Numbered from the stretch's first letter, positions 1-12,162 are shown. The stretch is DNA of 64,000 nucleotides from an uncultured Methanosarcinaceae archaeon (GCA_963727895.1 CAVSHT010000007.1:99152-163151); one strand, 5' to 3'. Program-made: numbers and translations. The notes: generated by a model from the letters alone, not told the origin.

Positions 1-497
1 AAACTTATCACCAGAATTATGGCTCCCATACTAAGGAAAACGAGAGGCATATCAAAACCATTGGACTGAGTTTCAAGTTCAAAATGAGATGGATATGTGT
101 TGTTCGAAGTGTTGGCAACTGACTCTATTGGCGTTTGAGAAATCGGGAATTTGGGATCAAGGTACTGATATACAGGTGAAAACTTTACCAGTACTCCATC
201 AGCTCCTTCGTATATCGTGTCCACTGTAAGATTAAGGATTTCGGTAGAATTCTGAGAATATACAAACTGAGAACCTTCAGTGACAATGGAATCCTGTAGA
301 GGAACTCCTTTTCTGCTAAGTTCGATCCAGATTCTTTTGCCTTCAGTATCTGTGCCTTTTATATGAAGTTGATAATCCTGGAAAAGATTGTGGGTATATC
401 CTGACCTTAGATAAATCTCGCCTCCATCTTCAAGAAGAACGGGGAGTTTTTCTTTATCATCAGAGGCTAAAGCTGGTGATATGAAATAAAAGAACAT
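1..497 (-). CDS. S-layer-domain-like surface protein; runs off the window edge, start uncertain
   Basis: Manually read open frame MFFYFISPALASDDKEK...YQLHIKGTDTEGKRIWIELSRKG... resembles the Methanosarcina S-layer domain and ends in NGFD plus a hydrophobic stretch. Not in the ORF track. Confidence 0.6.
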   Translation of the reverse strand, partial: MFFYFISPALASDDKEKLPVLLEDGGEIYLRSGYTHNLFQDYQLHIKGTDTEGKRIWIELSRKGVPLQDSIVTEGSQFVYSQNSTEILNLTVDTIYEGADGVLVKFSPVYQYLDPKFPISQTPIESVANTSNNTYPSHFELETQSNGFDMPLVFLSMGAIILVIS

Positions 498-576
498 TGA
501 AGAACATAATGAGATAATGATGATGAAGGAAAATAAAGAGATGAATCTTGTTTCTGTATTTTCCTTTATTCTTTGT

Positions 577-1554
577 TCACTTAGGACGCGCATAAATGCA
601 TCTGCCTGCAATAATTTCTTCTTTTGTATCGTCAGCTTTTCTTATTACTAAAGCTCCGTCAGGAGTTACTCCTATTGCTTTACCTTCTATAATTCTTGAA
701 GGCGTAGTGACTTTTACTTCTCTTCCAATAGTATCGGAAATAGCGAGCCAGTCATTAAGAATATGTGAAAAAGGCTGGGTCTTGAAATTTATGTATTGCT
801 GTTCAAGCTCGAACAGGAAATCTTGAAGGAATAACACCCTTTTTATATGTCTTCCAAGTTCGACTTTCAAAGTAGTCGAACCTTCACGGAAAGACTCCGG
901 GATATCCTTTAAATCCATGTTTACATTAATCCCTATTCCCAGCACAACATAGTCCACTCTATCCACTTCAGCCTTTGCCTCGGTAAGAATTCCACAAACC
1001 TTTTTTCCATGAATGCGAATGTCGTTTGGCCATTTTATCCTGGCGTCAAGTCCTATATCACGAATAACATTTGCAACTGCAAGCCCTGCAACCAGAGTAA
1101 GTCTTGAGGCGTGCCTTAGAGGAATTCCAGGTTTCAGGATCACAGACATCCAGATTCCACCGTGAGGAGAAACCCATTCTCTGCCCATCCTGCCTCTTCC
1201 TCCTTTCTGCACTTCGGCAATTACAAGCGTTCCTTCTTCTTGTGAAGCTGCTATTTCTTTTGCAACACTATTTGTAGAAGTTACTTCTTCGAAATAATGA
1301 ATTTTTTTCCCCAGAAGAGTTGTTTTGAGACCCATCTGTATTTCTTCCGGGTACAGGAGTTGAGGTACTGATTTCAGGACATATCCCTTTTTAGGAGATG
1401 ATTCTATTTCATAACCATCAGTCTGAAGGGATTTGATATATTTCCAGACCATTGTCCTTGAGATCCCTAGTTTGAGCCCCAATTCCTCTCCTGAAACAGG
1501 GCTTTTCTGTGCATCTTTAAGTGCTTTTATAATTCGAGATCTTTTATCTCCCAT
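577..1554 (-). CDS. birA: Bifunctional biotin-protein ligase / biotin repressor
   Basis: N-terminal HTH (SGEELG..LGISRTMVWKYI), GRGRMGR, KWPND, KVCGILTE. Confidence 0.97.
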   Translation of the reverse strand: MGDKRSRIIKALKDAQKSPVSGEELGLKLGISRTMVWKYIKSLQTDGYEIESSPKKGYVLKSVPQLLYPEEIQMGLKTTLLGKKIHYFEEVTSTNSVAKEIAASQEEGTLVIAEVQKGGRGRMGREWVSPHGGIWMSVILKPGIPLRHASRLTLVAGLAVANVIRDIGLDARIKWPNDIRIHGKKVCGILTEAKAEVDRVDYVVLGIGINVNMDLKDIPESFREGSTTLKVELGRHIKRVLFLQDFLFELEQQYINFKTQPFSHILNDWLAISDTIGREVKVTTPSRIIEGKAIGVTPDGALVIRKADDTKEEIIAGRCIYARPK

Positions 1555-1665
1555 CCGTGCACCCCATATAATTGTATACGTTCCACCGTATATAATTTTT
1601 TAGTTTATACAGATCCATGTAACATAGATCTGAATCCTACTGCTGTTTATTAGATGGCACGTCTT

Positions 1666-3147
1666 TCACCGTTGTGTTTCCTGTGCCATTCTAACATAAG
1701 CATGTACGGCAGCTGTAATAGCTGCAATTTTTTTGTCTTTTGCTTGAAGAGCTGAAGCCAGAGTAGCCCCTTTTTCAGCGTCTGCTTTGACAACATCTTC
1801 AACAGCTTCCATAATATTATTATCTTCGATAAAGGCCGTTGTAAGATCGCCTCTGCGAAAAGCTGGACTGCGCATAACAGCTTTATGGAAGGGGATATTG
1901 GTTTTTACTCCAACTACCACATACTCATAAAGAGCTCTTTCCATTCTGGCAATCGCTACATCTCTTGTTTTTGCCCATACGCAAAGTTTCGAAATCATTG
2001 AATCGTAGTATGGAGAAATTGTATAACCTGTATGTACTCCACTATCCACCCTGACACCAGGTCCGCCTGCAGACCGGTATCCTCGAATCTTTCCAGGAGA
2101 TGGAGCAAAATCATTTAATGGATCTTCTGCGTTGATCCTGCATTCAATGGAATGCCCATCAATAACAATATCTTCCTGATTAAATTCAAGCTTTTCTCCC
2201 CAGGCTACTCTTAGCTGCTCCCTTACAATATCAATACCTGTGACCATTTCAGTTATCCCATGTTCAACCTGCAAGCGAGTATTGACTTCAAGGAAGTAGA
2301 AGTTACCCTTTGAATAAAGAAATTCCACTGTTCCGGCATTTACATAACCAATTGTCTTTGCTACCCTGACTGCAGCTTCTCCCATCTGTGCCCTGAGTTC
2401 AGGGGTCATGATAGGAGAAGGAGCTTCTTCAATAAGCTTCTGATGCCTTCTCTGGATGGAACATTCTCTATCTGAGAGATAAACTGTATTTCCAAATCCG
2501 TCTGCTAGAATCTGAATCTCGATGTGTCTGGGTTCTTCCACATATTTTTCAATGAAAACCGAAGAATCTCCAAAAGCTGAGCCAGCCATTTGTCTGGTAG
2601 AATTGAGTGCATTGGCGAGTTCATCGCTGGAATTAACTATTTTCATCCCAATTCCGCCGCCTCCTGCAGAGGCTTTAATCAAAACAGGATAGCCAATTTC
2701 TTCCGCGATTTTTATAGCTTCGACCGGATCCTCAACTGCATCTTTTGTCCCAGGTACAACAGGCACACCAGCTTTCATCATAAGGTTTCGAGCTCTTATT
2801 TTGCTCCCCATCTCAGCAATAACATGGCTGGGAGGCCCTATGAAAACAATTCCTTCTTTTTCACAGCGTTTTGCAAAGACAGGATTTTCAGACAGGAAAC
2901 CGTAGCCCGGATGAATTGCTTCAGCTCCTGTACTTTTTGCAACTGTAAGGATAGCTTCCATATTCAGATAACTCTGGCTTGAAGGGGCTGGGCCTATAAG
3001 ATAGGCTTCATCTGCATATTTGGCAAAGAGGGCATTTTTATCAGCCTCTGAACAAACCGCGACCGTGGAAATTCCAAGCTCTCGGCAGGCACGCATGACC
3101 CTGATCGCAATCTCACCACGATTTGCAACGAGTACTTTTTTGAACAT
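1666..3147 (-). CDS. pycA: Pyruvate carboxylase subunit A (biotin carboxylase)
   Basis: [44 protein letters not shown]; start placed at MFKKVL. Confidence 0.96.
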   Translation of the reverse strand: MFKKVLVANRGEIAIRVMRACRELGISTVAVCSEADKNALFAKYADEAYLIGPAPSSQSYLNMEAILTVAKSTGAEAIHPGYGFLSENPVFAKRCEKEGIVFIGPPSHVIAEMGSKIRARNLMMKAGVPVVPGTKDAVEDPVEAIKIAEEIGYPVLIKASAGGGGIGMKIVNSSDELANALNSTRQMAGSAFGDSSVFIEKYVEEPRHIEIQILADGFGNTVYLSDRECSIQRRHQKLIEEAPSPIMTPELRAQMGEAAVRVAKTIGYVNAGTVEFLYSKGNFYFLEVNTRLQVEHGITEMVTGIDIVREQLRVAWGEKLEFNQEDIVIDGHSIECRINAEDPLNDFAPSPGKIRGYRSAGGPGVRVDSGVHTGYTISPYYDSMISKLCVWAKTRDVAIARMERALYEYVVVGVKTNIPFHKAVMRSPAFRRGDLTTAFIEDNNIMEAVEDVVKADAEKGATLASALQAKDKKIAAITAAVHAYVRMAQETQR

Positions 3148-3169
3148 GATACCTTCAACCTCGTTACAT

Positions 3170-4891
3170 TTATTCAATTGACATTATTATATCACCAGGA
3201 GATACTGTGTCCCCTTCGGAAACAAAGATTTCTCTTACAACGCCTGAATGAGAAGCATGGATAGCGTTTTCCATTTTCATGGCTTCGATTACAGCTATAG
3301 TATCGCCTTCTGCAACAGTGTCCTCGACCTTGACCTTAAGAGAAAGGACCATACCCTGCATTGAGCTGCAAACTGCTCCTTTAACAGAATCAGAGCTTGG
3401 TTTTTTGGGAGATGCTTCAGATACGGAAATTCCACCGCCGATAGGCTCAATCTTAACCTCATAGATTTCATCGTCCACTTCTACCTTGAAATGAGTTGGA
3501 ATTACACATTCCTTCTGCAGAGCTGGAGCAGAAGCAACTACTGCAAGAGCTTCTTCTTCCATTTCTCCTTTCAAGAACTTCGGGGCGATAGCTGGATAGA
3601 GAATATAGGTAAGTATGTCTTCTTCAGATTTAGCAATTCCCATTTCCTCAGCTTCCTTTTTCCTTTTCTCATATTCAGGCTTAAGGAGATCAGCAGGACG
3701 GCAATGAATAGGTTCTTCGTCTCCAATTATCTTACCTATTATTTCTGGGCTTATCGGAGCAGGAGATCGTCCATAAAGACCGCGAACATAATCTTTTACT
3801 TCTTTAGGGATAACCTTGTACCTCTCGCCCATAAGCACGTTAAGTACTGCCTGTGTACCAACTATCTGGCTTGTTGGGGTTACAAGAGGCGGATATCCAA
3901 GCTCCTCGCGAACCCTGGGCATTTCACTGAGTACGGCATCATACTTGTCAAGAGCATTCTGTTCCTTTAGTTGAGAAACGAGGTTTGAGAGCATTCCTCC
4001 TGGAATCTGATAGATAAGGACGTTAGTATCTATCTGCTCGGTAATAGGGTCAAGTATTCCCCGATATTTCTCTTTAAGACCTTTGAAATATGCGACAACC
4101 TCTTCAAAAGCCTCAAGCTCCAGACCAGTATCATAAGGAGTGCCTTTAAGAGCGGCTATAACTGATTCAGTTGGAGGCTGAGAAGTTCCCCATGACAGGG
4201 GCGAAAGTGCAGTATCCAGAATATCGATTCCTGCCTCACAGGCTGCCATATAGGTCATAGGGGCCATTCCGGAGGTACAGTGGCAGTGCAGAGAAATCGG
4301 AATGGAAATTTCTTTTTTCATGGCACTGATTATATGGGTAGCGTTATTAGGGGAAAGAAGGCCTGCCATATCTTTGATACAAATAGAATCGCAATCAAGT
4401 TCCTCAAGCTGTTTTGCGAGCTCAATATATTTCTCAACAGTGTGCACAGGACTTATGGTGTAGCAGACAGTACCCTGTACGTGAGCACCGAGCTTTTTTG
4501 CCACTTTAATAGAAAATTCCATGTTCCGAACATCATTGACTGCATCAAAAATCCGGAAAATGTCAATCCCATTCTGATAAGACTTAGTAACGAATTTTTC
4601 GACTACGTCATCAGAATAGTGTCTGTAACCTACAAGGTTTTGACCTCGAAGTAACATCTGAGCATAGGTGTTATTCATTTCTTTTTTGATATCCCGCAGG
4701 CGCTGCCAGGGGTCCTCATTCAGGTAGCGGATACAGCTGTCAAAGGTGGCGCCTCCCCACATTTCAAGGGAGAAATACCCTATCTGATCCAGTTGTTCAA
4801 CCACTTCGAGCATATCTCTTGTCCGCATTCTGGTTGCCAGGAGAGATTGATGTGCATCCCGAAGGATAGTTTCGGTAATTTTTACACTCAT
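3170..4891 (-). CDS. pycB: Pyruvate carboxylase subunit B (carboxyltransferase + biotin carrier)
   Basis: [32 protein letters not shown]-terminal EAMKM biotinylation motif. Confidence 0.96.
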   Translation of the reverse strand: MSVKITETILRDAHQSLLATRMRTRDMLEVVEQLDQIGYFSLEMWGGATFDSCIRYLNEDPWQRLRDIKKEMNNTYAQMLLRGQNLVGYRHYSDDVVEKFVTKSYQNGIDIFRIFDAVNDVRNMEFSIKVAKKLGAHVQGTVCYTISPVHTVEKYIELAKQLEELDCDSICIKDMAGLLSPNNATHIISAMKKEISIPISLHCHCTSGMAPMTYMAACEAGIDILDTALSPLSWGTSQPPTESVIAALKGTPYDTGLELEAFEEVVAYFKGLKEKYRGILDPITEQIDTNVLIYQIPGGMLSNLVSQLKEQNALDKYDAVLSEMPRVREELGYPPLVTPTSQIVGTQAVLNVLMGERYKVIPKEVKDYVRGLYGRSPAPISPEIIGKIIGDEEPIHCRPADLLKPEYEKRKKEAEEMGIAKSEEDILTYILYPAIAPKFLKGEMEEEALAVVASAPALQKECVIPTHFKVEVDDEIYEVKIEPIGGGISVSEASPKKPSSDSVKGAVCSSMQGMVLSLKVKVEDTVAEGDTIAVIEAMKMENAIHASHSGVVREIFVSEGDTVSPGDIIMSIE

Positions 4892-5211
4892 GGATGAACC
4901 TCTTAAAATCGAATCAAAAAACCTGATATACTATTTTATATAGCACACTTCTACTATTTTTTCCGGTGGGTTTAGTTTTGTGTACCGGAATTATTCGGGT
5001 AAAGTTTTGATTCAGATTGAATAAAGTGTATAAATCCTCAAATTGCTATTTTGATGCAATTTCCTGCAGCTTTCCCGAAGAAAGAGTTCTTTGTAGACAA
5101 ATTTAACTTACTTTCCGGAACCACAGTCAGAGTAAATCAATTTTATAGAGCCAAACACATTACTTGACAAATCTGTGTTGACAAGTTGCCAAGAATTCTT
5201 TAAAATACAAT

Positions 5212-5244
5212 TGTTAACAAGTATATACTTTTCGCCTGTTAACA
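5212..5244 (-). promoter_or_regulatory. Probable pycBA-birA promoter (BRE-TATA) flanked by two TGTTAACA palindromes; putative BirA operator
   Basis: Minus strand reads TGTTAACA-GG-CGAAAAGTATATACT-TGTTAACA; the half-sites match the TGTtAAC..GTTaACA BirA consensus. Confidence 0.6.
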
Positions 5245-5519
5245 TTAAAAAAATCGTTTTTAGATAAAGTATAAAATTAAGAAGCAAGATCGATCTTTAA
5301 GAATAAAACTTTCTGTTTTTTATGAATACAAAACTTACCTTGAATTAAAAACTTATCCTAATTAATTGTTCTGAAGTGAAACAAATTAAAGTTAATAATG
5401 TAAGGCAAGAAATCTAAACAATTACAGACTCTGAACTAAAGAATGAAAAATACAGAAGAAAAACATATTCATTTGACATTTCATAAAATGAATAATTTTT
5501 GACATCTGATTGTTGTAAG

Positions 5520-6476
5520 TTAATTTTTTTGTTTTCTTCCCATAAAGAACCACTGATCATAAGTTCCTTCAGAGTCAGTGTTATCCACAATCTCACCTTT
5601 AACTCCTTCCATGAGCAGAGCCTTGTAGAGAATTTCAATTTCAGGCTTGCTGCTAACCGTAAACAGAATTAACGCACCTTCATTTGCTACTGAGACTGCT
5701 TCTCTTATAATGTTTATCCAAAGATTTTTGTTGAAGTCATATACGAGTCCCAACATGAATCCCATTACTGCATCAAAACTATCAGGCTCAAAATATCGGG
5801 AAAGAGTTGTTGCATCCATTACAACTGTTTTTTGAGGGTTCAAAACTCCCTGCTCAAGTCCTTGACAGACTGCACATTTATTAATTTCTACAGCTAGCGG
5901 ATTAAATCCAAGTCTGTAGAGAGCAAGAGTGGACATCCCGTTTCCACAGCAGACTTCAAGAAGTTTTCCTTCAGGATAAAATCCTTTTTCTTGGAGAATG
6001 TTGAAGATTTCCGTAACTTTTCGAACACGGTTTTCAGAAAAAACGTTCTTATAAGATTCGGGTTTGACATTGCAGTTCTGGCAAAGATTTCTATTTAAAA
6101 GCATGAGCGAATAATATTCATTAACGGCATCCCTCCAGTTTTCCGAAGAAATTTCAATGTCTTTTTCAGGAAGATTTAAAGCAAGAAGAGAGTCTGTAAG
6201 AACCTCAAAATCCTTTTTTGAGTGAGTTACCGCAAGAGCCCCTGTGAATACTGAACAGAAATCTACAGGGACTTCCTTGTCTGCAGAATTGAAAACCAGT
6301 AACCCAAGCGTATGCTCTCCTTGTCTAACTCTAATAAACCGCATCTGCTGATTCTCTGCAAACCTTCGAACCCCGTTAAGATAGTCAAGCGTACGTTCAA
6401 TAGTCCTCTGGGCTAGATAGCTTTCTTCTACAAAATAGATTTCTTCATCAATGCCAAGGAGTTCCTGTAAAAGCAT
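5520..6476 (-). CDS. Class I SAM-dependent methyltransferase
   Basis: LLEVCCGNG motif I, AVEIN, MDAT, SFDAV. Confidence 0.8.
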   Translation of the reverse strand: MLLQELLGIDEEIYFVEESYLAQRTIERTLDYLNGVRRFAENQQMRFIRVRQGEHTLGLLVFNSADKEVPVDFCSVFTGALAVTHSKKDFEVLTDSLLALNLPEKDIEISSENWRDAVNEYYSLMLLNRNLCQNCNVKPESYKNVFSENRVRKVTEIFNILQEKGFYPEGKLLEVCCGNGMSTLALYRLGFNPLAVEINKCAVCQGLEQGVLNPQKTVVMDATTLSRYFEPDSFDAVMGFMLGLVYDFNKNLWINIIREAVSVANEGALILFTVSSKPEIEILYKALLMEGVKGEIVDNTDSEGTYDQWFFMGRKQKN

Positions 6477-6642
6477 ATCTGTCTAGATTCTGATAATCTC
6501 ATATCAAGATTTCGAAAAAAAGATATTAATATCTGAATTGGAAGTAAAACTCCAATTTAAGCAAAGGTATTTATAGAATCTGTTTACAAAAACAGGTGTT
6601 AAAAGGATATTTATTAGCAAAAAAAGTAGATTGGAGGATAAT

Positions 6643-6852
6643 ATGGCAAAAGTAATACCATTTGCGCCAATTGAGCGTTTAATAAGAACAGCAGGTGCTC
6701 ATAGAGTAAGTGAAAGTGCAGGAATGGCTCTTACGGAAATTCTAGAAGAATACGGACTTGAGATTTCTAGAGAAGCAATTAAACTTGCAGAACACGCAGG
6801 CCGAAAAACCGTAAAAGCTGAAGATATAAAATTAGCAAAAGAAATGCTGTAA
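6643..6852 (+). CDS. Archaeal histone
   Basis: IPFAPIERLIR..GAHRVSE...HAGRKTVKAEDI histone fold; GGAGG RBS; upstream TTTATA. Confidence 0.97.
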   Translation: MAKVIPFAPIERLIRTAGAHRVSESAGMALTEILEEYGLEISREAIKLAEHAGRKTVKAEDIKLAKEML

Positions 6853-7189
6853 GTTAAATACTGAATATCCCTTAAAAGTTATTTCTATTAATATTTTTTA
6901 GGGGTTTAGATAAAATGCTGATTCTCAGCATTTTCTTATTTATTGTTTAGATTCAGTTATCTTATATGTTGTACTATGTATAGTAGTAAACTCTGGAATC
7001 ACTATGGTTAGAGGTTCCAGAGGGCAATTTTTAAGCAGGCTCCATTAGTGATGTAGATTTAATCAGTATAACTACCTTCAAAGCAGCTTTTTTAAAAGGT
7101 TTACCCTAAATAGGGAAACCTTTGATCTTTAGATCCTGAAATAAAATTATCTATGTGATCAATTCGCTCAATGATTTAATCACAGGAAA

Positions 7190-7702
7190 TTATGCTCCCA
7201 GAATTAAACCAGCGAGACTTATACCTGTTACAGTAACAGTAGTTACCACAATTCCCGCTATTAGAACCCCTGCGAAAATTGCCAATAACGCCTGTCTGAA
7301 TTTAACTCCAAAAACAAATGCTGCTGCACATCCTGACCAGGCTCCTGTAGCTGGTAGGGGTATGGCTACAAAGATAGTCAATGCAAGGAGTCCATATTTT
7401 TCAAAACTCTCGGTACTGTTTTTGCGAGTTCTTGAGAATAGCCATGTGAAAAAATTGTCAAAGATAGTGTAGCGTCTGAGATAATTTGATACAGGCTCAA
7501 GAAAGAGCAGTAGAGGAATTACAGGAAGAAGGTTTCCGAGCACCGATAAGAAAAACGCCTCATAAGGTCCCATTCCATAAATGCCCATCGCAACAGGAAT
7601 TGCCCCTCTCAGTTCGGAGACCGGTAGAGCTCCCAGAATCAAAACAGCAAGCCAGTGGGGAACAGATCCCAACAGTTCTACTAATGTTATTTCAACAGAC
7701 AT
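7190..7702 (-). CDS. Small multidrug export family (COG2426-like) membrane protein
   Basis: ALPVSELRGAIP, FVAIPLPATGAWSG. Confidence 0.85.
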   Translation of the reverse strand: MSVEITLVELLGSVPHWLAVLILGALPVSELRGAIPVAMGIYGMGPYEAFFLSVLGNLLPVIPLLLFLEPVSNYLRRYTIFDNFFTWLFSRTRKNSTESFEKYGLLALTIFVAIPLPATGAWSGCAAAFVFGVKFRQALLAIFAGVLIAGIVVTTVTVTGISLAGLILGA

Positions 7703-7816
7703 GGTAATCAGTATATTAATTCTATGTTTTTAAATAAAGAGAAACAGGATTTAAGCCCTTTTAATCTCTTTTTAGAGATATGGAGTGTAAAACATACATC
7801 TTCCATTCATCAAATA

Positions 7817-8821
7817 TTAATCTGTATTAGAAAGCGCAAAATGCGCGAGCAAAGCTTCGAGCTGGATCTTTTCAGTAGCTCCTTCAGTTAGCCTGAAATC
7901 AATCTCGCCTATTATATCTACAAGTTCAACAATACGCTTTTCAGAAAGCCCGAGATCCAGAATCATCTGGTTATCCATTTCAGAGATTGCCCTGTAAATC
8001 TGCCCAATTATATCTTCTCCAGAGAGACCTTCTTCATAGAGCAATCTGTTCAGCTCTTTTCTTGCAGCCCTAAAATTTCCACCAAGGGCAGTTTCGATCA
8101 TGTCTCTGATATCTTCGGGATTTGCGGTTGCAGTAGTTCTGTAAATGGTTTCCCTGGATATAGGTTTTTCCGGATCTATAAAAGCAGCAGCCTGAAGAGA
8201 GTTCACAGCTTTCCTCATGTCTCCCTGAGATACGTAAGTAAGAGCTTCATATCCGTCGTCAGTGATGGATAAAACCTGATCTTTAGCTATGTACTCAAGG
8301 CGTTTTCTGATAGCTTCATTTGAAAGACGTCTGAACCTGAAGACTGCACAGCGAGATTGGATAGGTTCAATAATTCTGGAAGAATAATTGCAGGATAAAA
8401 TAAATCTGCAGTTATTGCTGAAACGTTCCATTGTTCGCCTTAGTGCAGATTGGGCATCCGAGGTCAGCGCATCAGCTTCATCCAAAAAGATGATCTTGAA
8501 TCCAGCTCCACCTATAGGAGCAGTTTTTGCAAAGTTTTTAATTTTTGTCCTGACAACATCAATACCCCTTTCATCAGAAGCATTGAGTTCAGTAAAGTTT
8601 TCACGCCAGAGATCTTCCCCGAAGATTTCTCTTGCAATCGATACTGCAGAAGCCGTTTTCCCAACTCCTGGCGGGCCGGAAAATAGAAGATGAGGAAGAT
8701 TTTTCGTTGCAACATAAGATTTCAGGCGTTCGATTGTTTCTTCCTGTCCTGTTACCTGATCCAGTCTAGTAGGCCTATATTTTTCGATCCAGATCTCTTC
8801 TTTAATCGTAAAGTCCTCCAT
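7817..8821 (-). CDS. rfcS: Replication factor C small subunit
   Basis: WIEKYRP, GPPGVGKT, ELNASDERG, LDEAD, SRC; no intein. Confidence 0.97.
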   Translation of the reverse strand: MEDFTIKEEIWIEKYRPTRLDQVTGQEETIERLKSYVATKNLPHLLFSGPPGVGKTASAVSIAREIFGEDLWRENFTELNASDERGIDVVRTKIKNFAKTAPIGGAGFKIIFLDEADALTSDAQSALRRTMERFSNNCRFILSCNYSSRIIEPIQSRCAVFRFRRLSNEAIRKRLEYIAKDQVLSITDDGYEALTYVSQGDMRKAVNSLQAAAFIDPEKPISRETIYRTTATANPEDIRDMIETALGGNFRAARKELNRLLYEEGLSGEDIIGQIYRAISEMDNQMILDLGLSEKRIVELVDIIGEIDFRLTEGATEKIQLEALLAHFALSNTD

Positions 8822-9289
8822 TAATGCTTGAACCGTATTTGAAGAATATGATATTTAAACTTTTGAATGTTTGTGATTTCTAAGACATAGAAAGTTATTC
8901 ATTCAGAAGTAGAACTCTCATAGCTGCATTTTTTATTAACTAGTACCTTTTATTAAATAGTACATTCGGATTAAAGGCAGTGTCGCGAATTTGCTGTAAA
9001 TTCTAAGTTAATTTTTTGTATACAGTAGGGAAAATTGATCTTCGGATATGGAATTGTTGGCTCAAAAACTTTTTAAAATTTGTAATTTTACATAACTTAT
9101 GTTACACTGTCCAATTAAATATATAATCATTCTCTTACATAAAACTAAAAATTTTTAAAGTACGCTGTCCTGAACACACAATGAACAAGAAAGGCTGGTT
9201 TCAGAGTAAAAATTCTCTAACAAAACAAGCCAATATTACAGTAGATATAGTAATAAGAAAGTAATGGAGATAAAGAAAAGGCAATAAAT

Positions 9290-9847
9290 TTAATCCAAAT
9301 ACACTGTATGCAGAGTTTCATAAATAGGTCCTTTTGGAGTAAGTGTGCTTTTCTTTAAAAATACTCTATTTACCCACATAGTACCGATTTTGGTATCCTG
9401 TAACTCCTTTAAAGTGTTTATGAAAGCGTTTCTTTTATCTTTTTTCAGAAACTTTACCCTGGCAAGAGTAGCGTGGGCAGTAAATTCCCTTTCATCTTTT
9501 TCAAATTTAAAAGGTTCCAATAAATGCTCTACCTCTTCATGTAACGCCTTGAAATTTCCAGTTGCCCCCAGCCAGAGGACTTTGGGATTTGAAGGCTTTG
9601 GAAAAACTCCAATCCCCTTTATTATTGATTCAAAAGGTTCGCATGTTATAGAATCGAGAGTGACAGAAAGAGAAGGAATTTTTGATTCTTCCACGTTTCC
9701 TAGAAACTTCAAAGTAATGTGAACTAGTTCAGGATCAACAAACTTCAGATCAAAATCCGAGAATCTATCCTGAAGATTCTGAATCTTCTCCTTAAAGCCA
9801 GGGTCCAATTCCACTGCTATAAATGTCCTGATCAAAGAATTCACCAA
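9290..9847 (-). CDS. thpR: RNA 2',3'-cyclic phosphodiesterase (2H family)
   Basis: RTFIAV, HITLKFLG, HATLAR, STLTPKGPIY. Confidence 0.93.
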   Translation of the reverse strand: MVNSLIRTFIAVELDPGFKEKIQNLQDRFSDFDLKFVDPELVHITLKFLGNVEESKIPSLSVTLDSITCEPFESIIKGIGVFPKPSNPKVLWLGATGNFKALHEEVEHLLEPFKFEKDEREFTAHATLARVKFLKKDKRNAFINTLKELQDTKIGTMWVNRVFLKKSTLTPKGPIYETLHTVYLD

Positions 9848-10260
9848 TCTTAATTGAAAAGCTAACCAGAAAAATCTTCCTGTAAAATACTCTGAAAAAA
9901 ATAAGTTTTAATATGTCGTTTTTAAGAATTGTAAACCTTCATGAAGATATTTGATAAAAATATGTTATATAAAAAGTGCAAAAAAGTAAAAATAAAATAA
10001 GAAAGATCGACTGATCACAGGATAATTATAAAATAGATAAGATAAGTAAAGAAAGATAAATAAGCTTAAGTATTTATAAAGTTGGGTTCAATGTTAACTT
10101 GATAACGTTCATTTTAATTCAGAACTCTAAGTGAAAAAAATTTAATAAACATAACTTAAAAAATAGTATTAATTCAAAGGAATAATTAACTTCACTAAAT
10201 AACTTCACTAATATTTAAATCGAAAATAAATTGCTGCAAAAAGAAAAAGCGGTGGATCAT

Positions 10261-11136
10261 ATGGATAGAGCACGTATAATTGCAGAAACTGCAGCCCGGA
10301 TTTCCAAAGAACTAGATGCTGCCGCAATTATGGTTTCTGGGGAATTGAGTTTTGAAGGGATTGATACAGGGGGGATTCCGGTATATTACATATCCATGCG
10401 TCCAAAAAGCATAATAGACCATTTGGTTTCCACTGGAAAGGATGGGAAAAATCCTTTAAAGGAGCTTGGTGACCAGATAAACCGCGAAGCCTCAGGGAAT
10501 TCGGATCACCTTCAACAGGTTGTTGCCATAGAATACGTGCTCGGAGAACTGGAAAATGGAATTATTGTAGGTGTAGTCGAAACACGTGGTTCCAGTTCAA
10601 TTATTGTACATAGCCTTGATGAAAATCCTCTTGTAAAAGCCATGAAAGAATGTCAGGAAAGGATAAAGCCGGAAGTAATGAGTGCAATTATGAAAATTTC
10701 TTTTGATATTATCCTGACAGGCAGAGAAGGAAGGAAAATGGGAGCTGCCTTCATCATAGGTGATTCGGAAGAAGTTCTGAAACGCTCTCATCAGCTAATA
10801 TTGAATCCATATGAGGGTCACGATGAAATTTACCGTAACGTCCTTGATAAGAGAAACTGGGAATCTATAAAGGAATTTTCCCAGCTTGATGGTGTTTTTG
10901 TAGTGGACGAAAATGGCATTATTCGTGCCGCAGGCCGCTACCTTGATGTCGATGGAAAAAATGTGGATATCGAGAAAGGACTTGGAGGAAGGCATGTTTC
11001 GGCAGCAGCAATTAGTAGAGATACTGTTGCAATCGCAGTTACAGTATCGGAGTCTGGGGGAGTTCTCAGAGTATATAAAGATGCAAAGGAGACAATTTGC
11101 ATTGAATCAATGAGTCCTGCAGTAAGATATTTTTGA
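10261..11136 (+). CDS. dacZ: Diadenylate cyclase (DacZ type, DisA_N domain)
   Basis: GREGRKMGA, SQLDGVFVV, GLGGRHVSAA, VSESGG. Confidence 0.88.
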   Translation: MDRARIIAETAARISKELDAAAIMVSGELSFEGIDTGGIPVYYISMRPKSIIDHLVSTGKDGKNPLKELGDQINREASGNSDHLQQVVAIEYVLGELENGIIVGVVETRGSSSIIVHSLDENPLVKAMKECQERIKPEVMSAIMKISFDIILTGREGRKMGAAFIIGDSEEVLKRSHQLILNPYEGHDEIYRNVLDKRNWESIKEFSQLDGVFVVDENGIIRAAGRYLDVDGKNVDIEKGLGGRHVSAAAISRDTVAIAVTVSESGGVLRVYKDAKETICIESMSPAVRYF

Positions 11137-11339
11137 ATTCTGAGACGTCTAATTATAATCATTGAAAACTTTTTTTCAGATTCGAAGATTTTTAATTGCA
11201 CGCAAAAGTATCTAATTGAAGCCTTCTAAATATCAATCTTTCAACTGAGCCTTTAAGGAATAAGGACAGTGCATAGGCTCATAAACAATGAAAATATATT
11301 TAGAAATATGAGACGAAATAAAGAAAGTGAGGGAATTTT

Positions 11340-12059
11340 ATGAGAAGACAACTTTTTTACATTCCGTTTAGCCTTACATTCCTTCTTCTTTTAGTCTTTG
11401 TTCTAATTTTCGGGCTTAGTTTTCTCTTTTTTGGAGTAATTGTTTCAGCTTTTACGAAAATCGGTTTTTCTCTGGAAAATGCACTTCTGATCCTTGTAAT
11501 GTCCCTTGTAGGAAGCAGCATAAACATTCCTCTAGCAACTCTCAAATCTGATATTCCGGTAGTTCGAGAAAATTACATCCGAGTCTTTGGTGTATCTTAC
11601 AGGATTCCAGTTCGGCAAATTACAAGAAACGAAACGACAATTGCTGTCAATGTAGGAGGCGCAGTTATTCCGGTTCTGATTTCAGTTTACCTTCTTACAA
11701 AATTCCCTTCTGCTCTCATGCTTGCAGGAGCTGGCGTCTTAATAGTTGCAATCATAACTCATTCCGTAGCGAAGCCTATTCGTGGGATAGGTATTGCAAC
11801 TCCCGCTCTAGTTCCACCCCTTACAGCTGCCCTTGCTGCGATTTTGTTAACTTCAATAATTCATATCCCAGGCTGTCCAGTTGACCAGTGCCGTGTCGTC
11901 ACTGCCTATGCAGGAGGGGTACTTGGTACTCTTATAGGAGCCGATCTTCTTAATCTGGGAAAAATAAAGAATCTGGGAGCACCTGTTGCAAGCATAGGAG
12001 GAGCCGGAACTTTTGATGGAATATTTTTAAGTGGGTTCATTGCTCTCCTTTTGATATAA
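11340..12059 (+). CDS. DUF1614-type membrane protein
   Basis: GSSINIP, AVNVGGAVIP, GTLIGADLLNL, SIGGAGTFDGIF. Confidence 0.85.
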   Translation: MRRQLFYIPFSLTFLLLLVFVLIFGLSFLFFGVIVSAFTKIGFSLENALLILVMSLVGSSINIPLATLKSDIPVVRENYIRVFGVSYRIPVRQITRNETTIAVNVGGAVIPVLISVYLLTKFPSALMLAGAGVLIVAIITHSVAKPIRGIGIATPALVPPLTAALAAILLTSIIHIPGCPVDQCRVVTAYAGGVLGTLIGADLLNLGKIKNLGAPVASIGGAGTFDGIFLSGFIALLLI

Positions 12060-12162
12060 AAAAATAGGAAAAGCGATTAGAAGATTCAAAACACAGAAAC
12101 AGAACTAAAAAAGAAAAAAGGAAGAGAAAAAAGAGGTTTAAAGTGATTATTCTTTTTTAATC

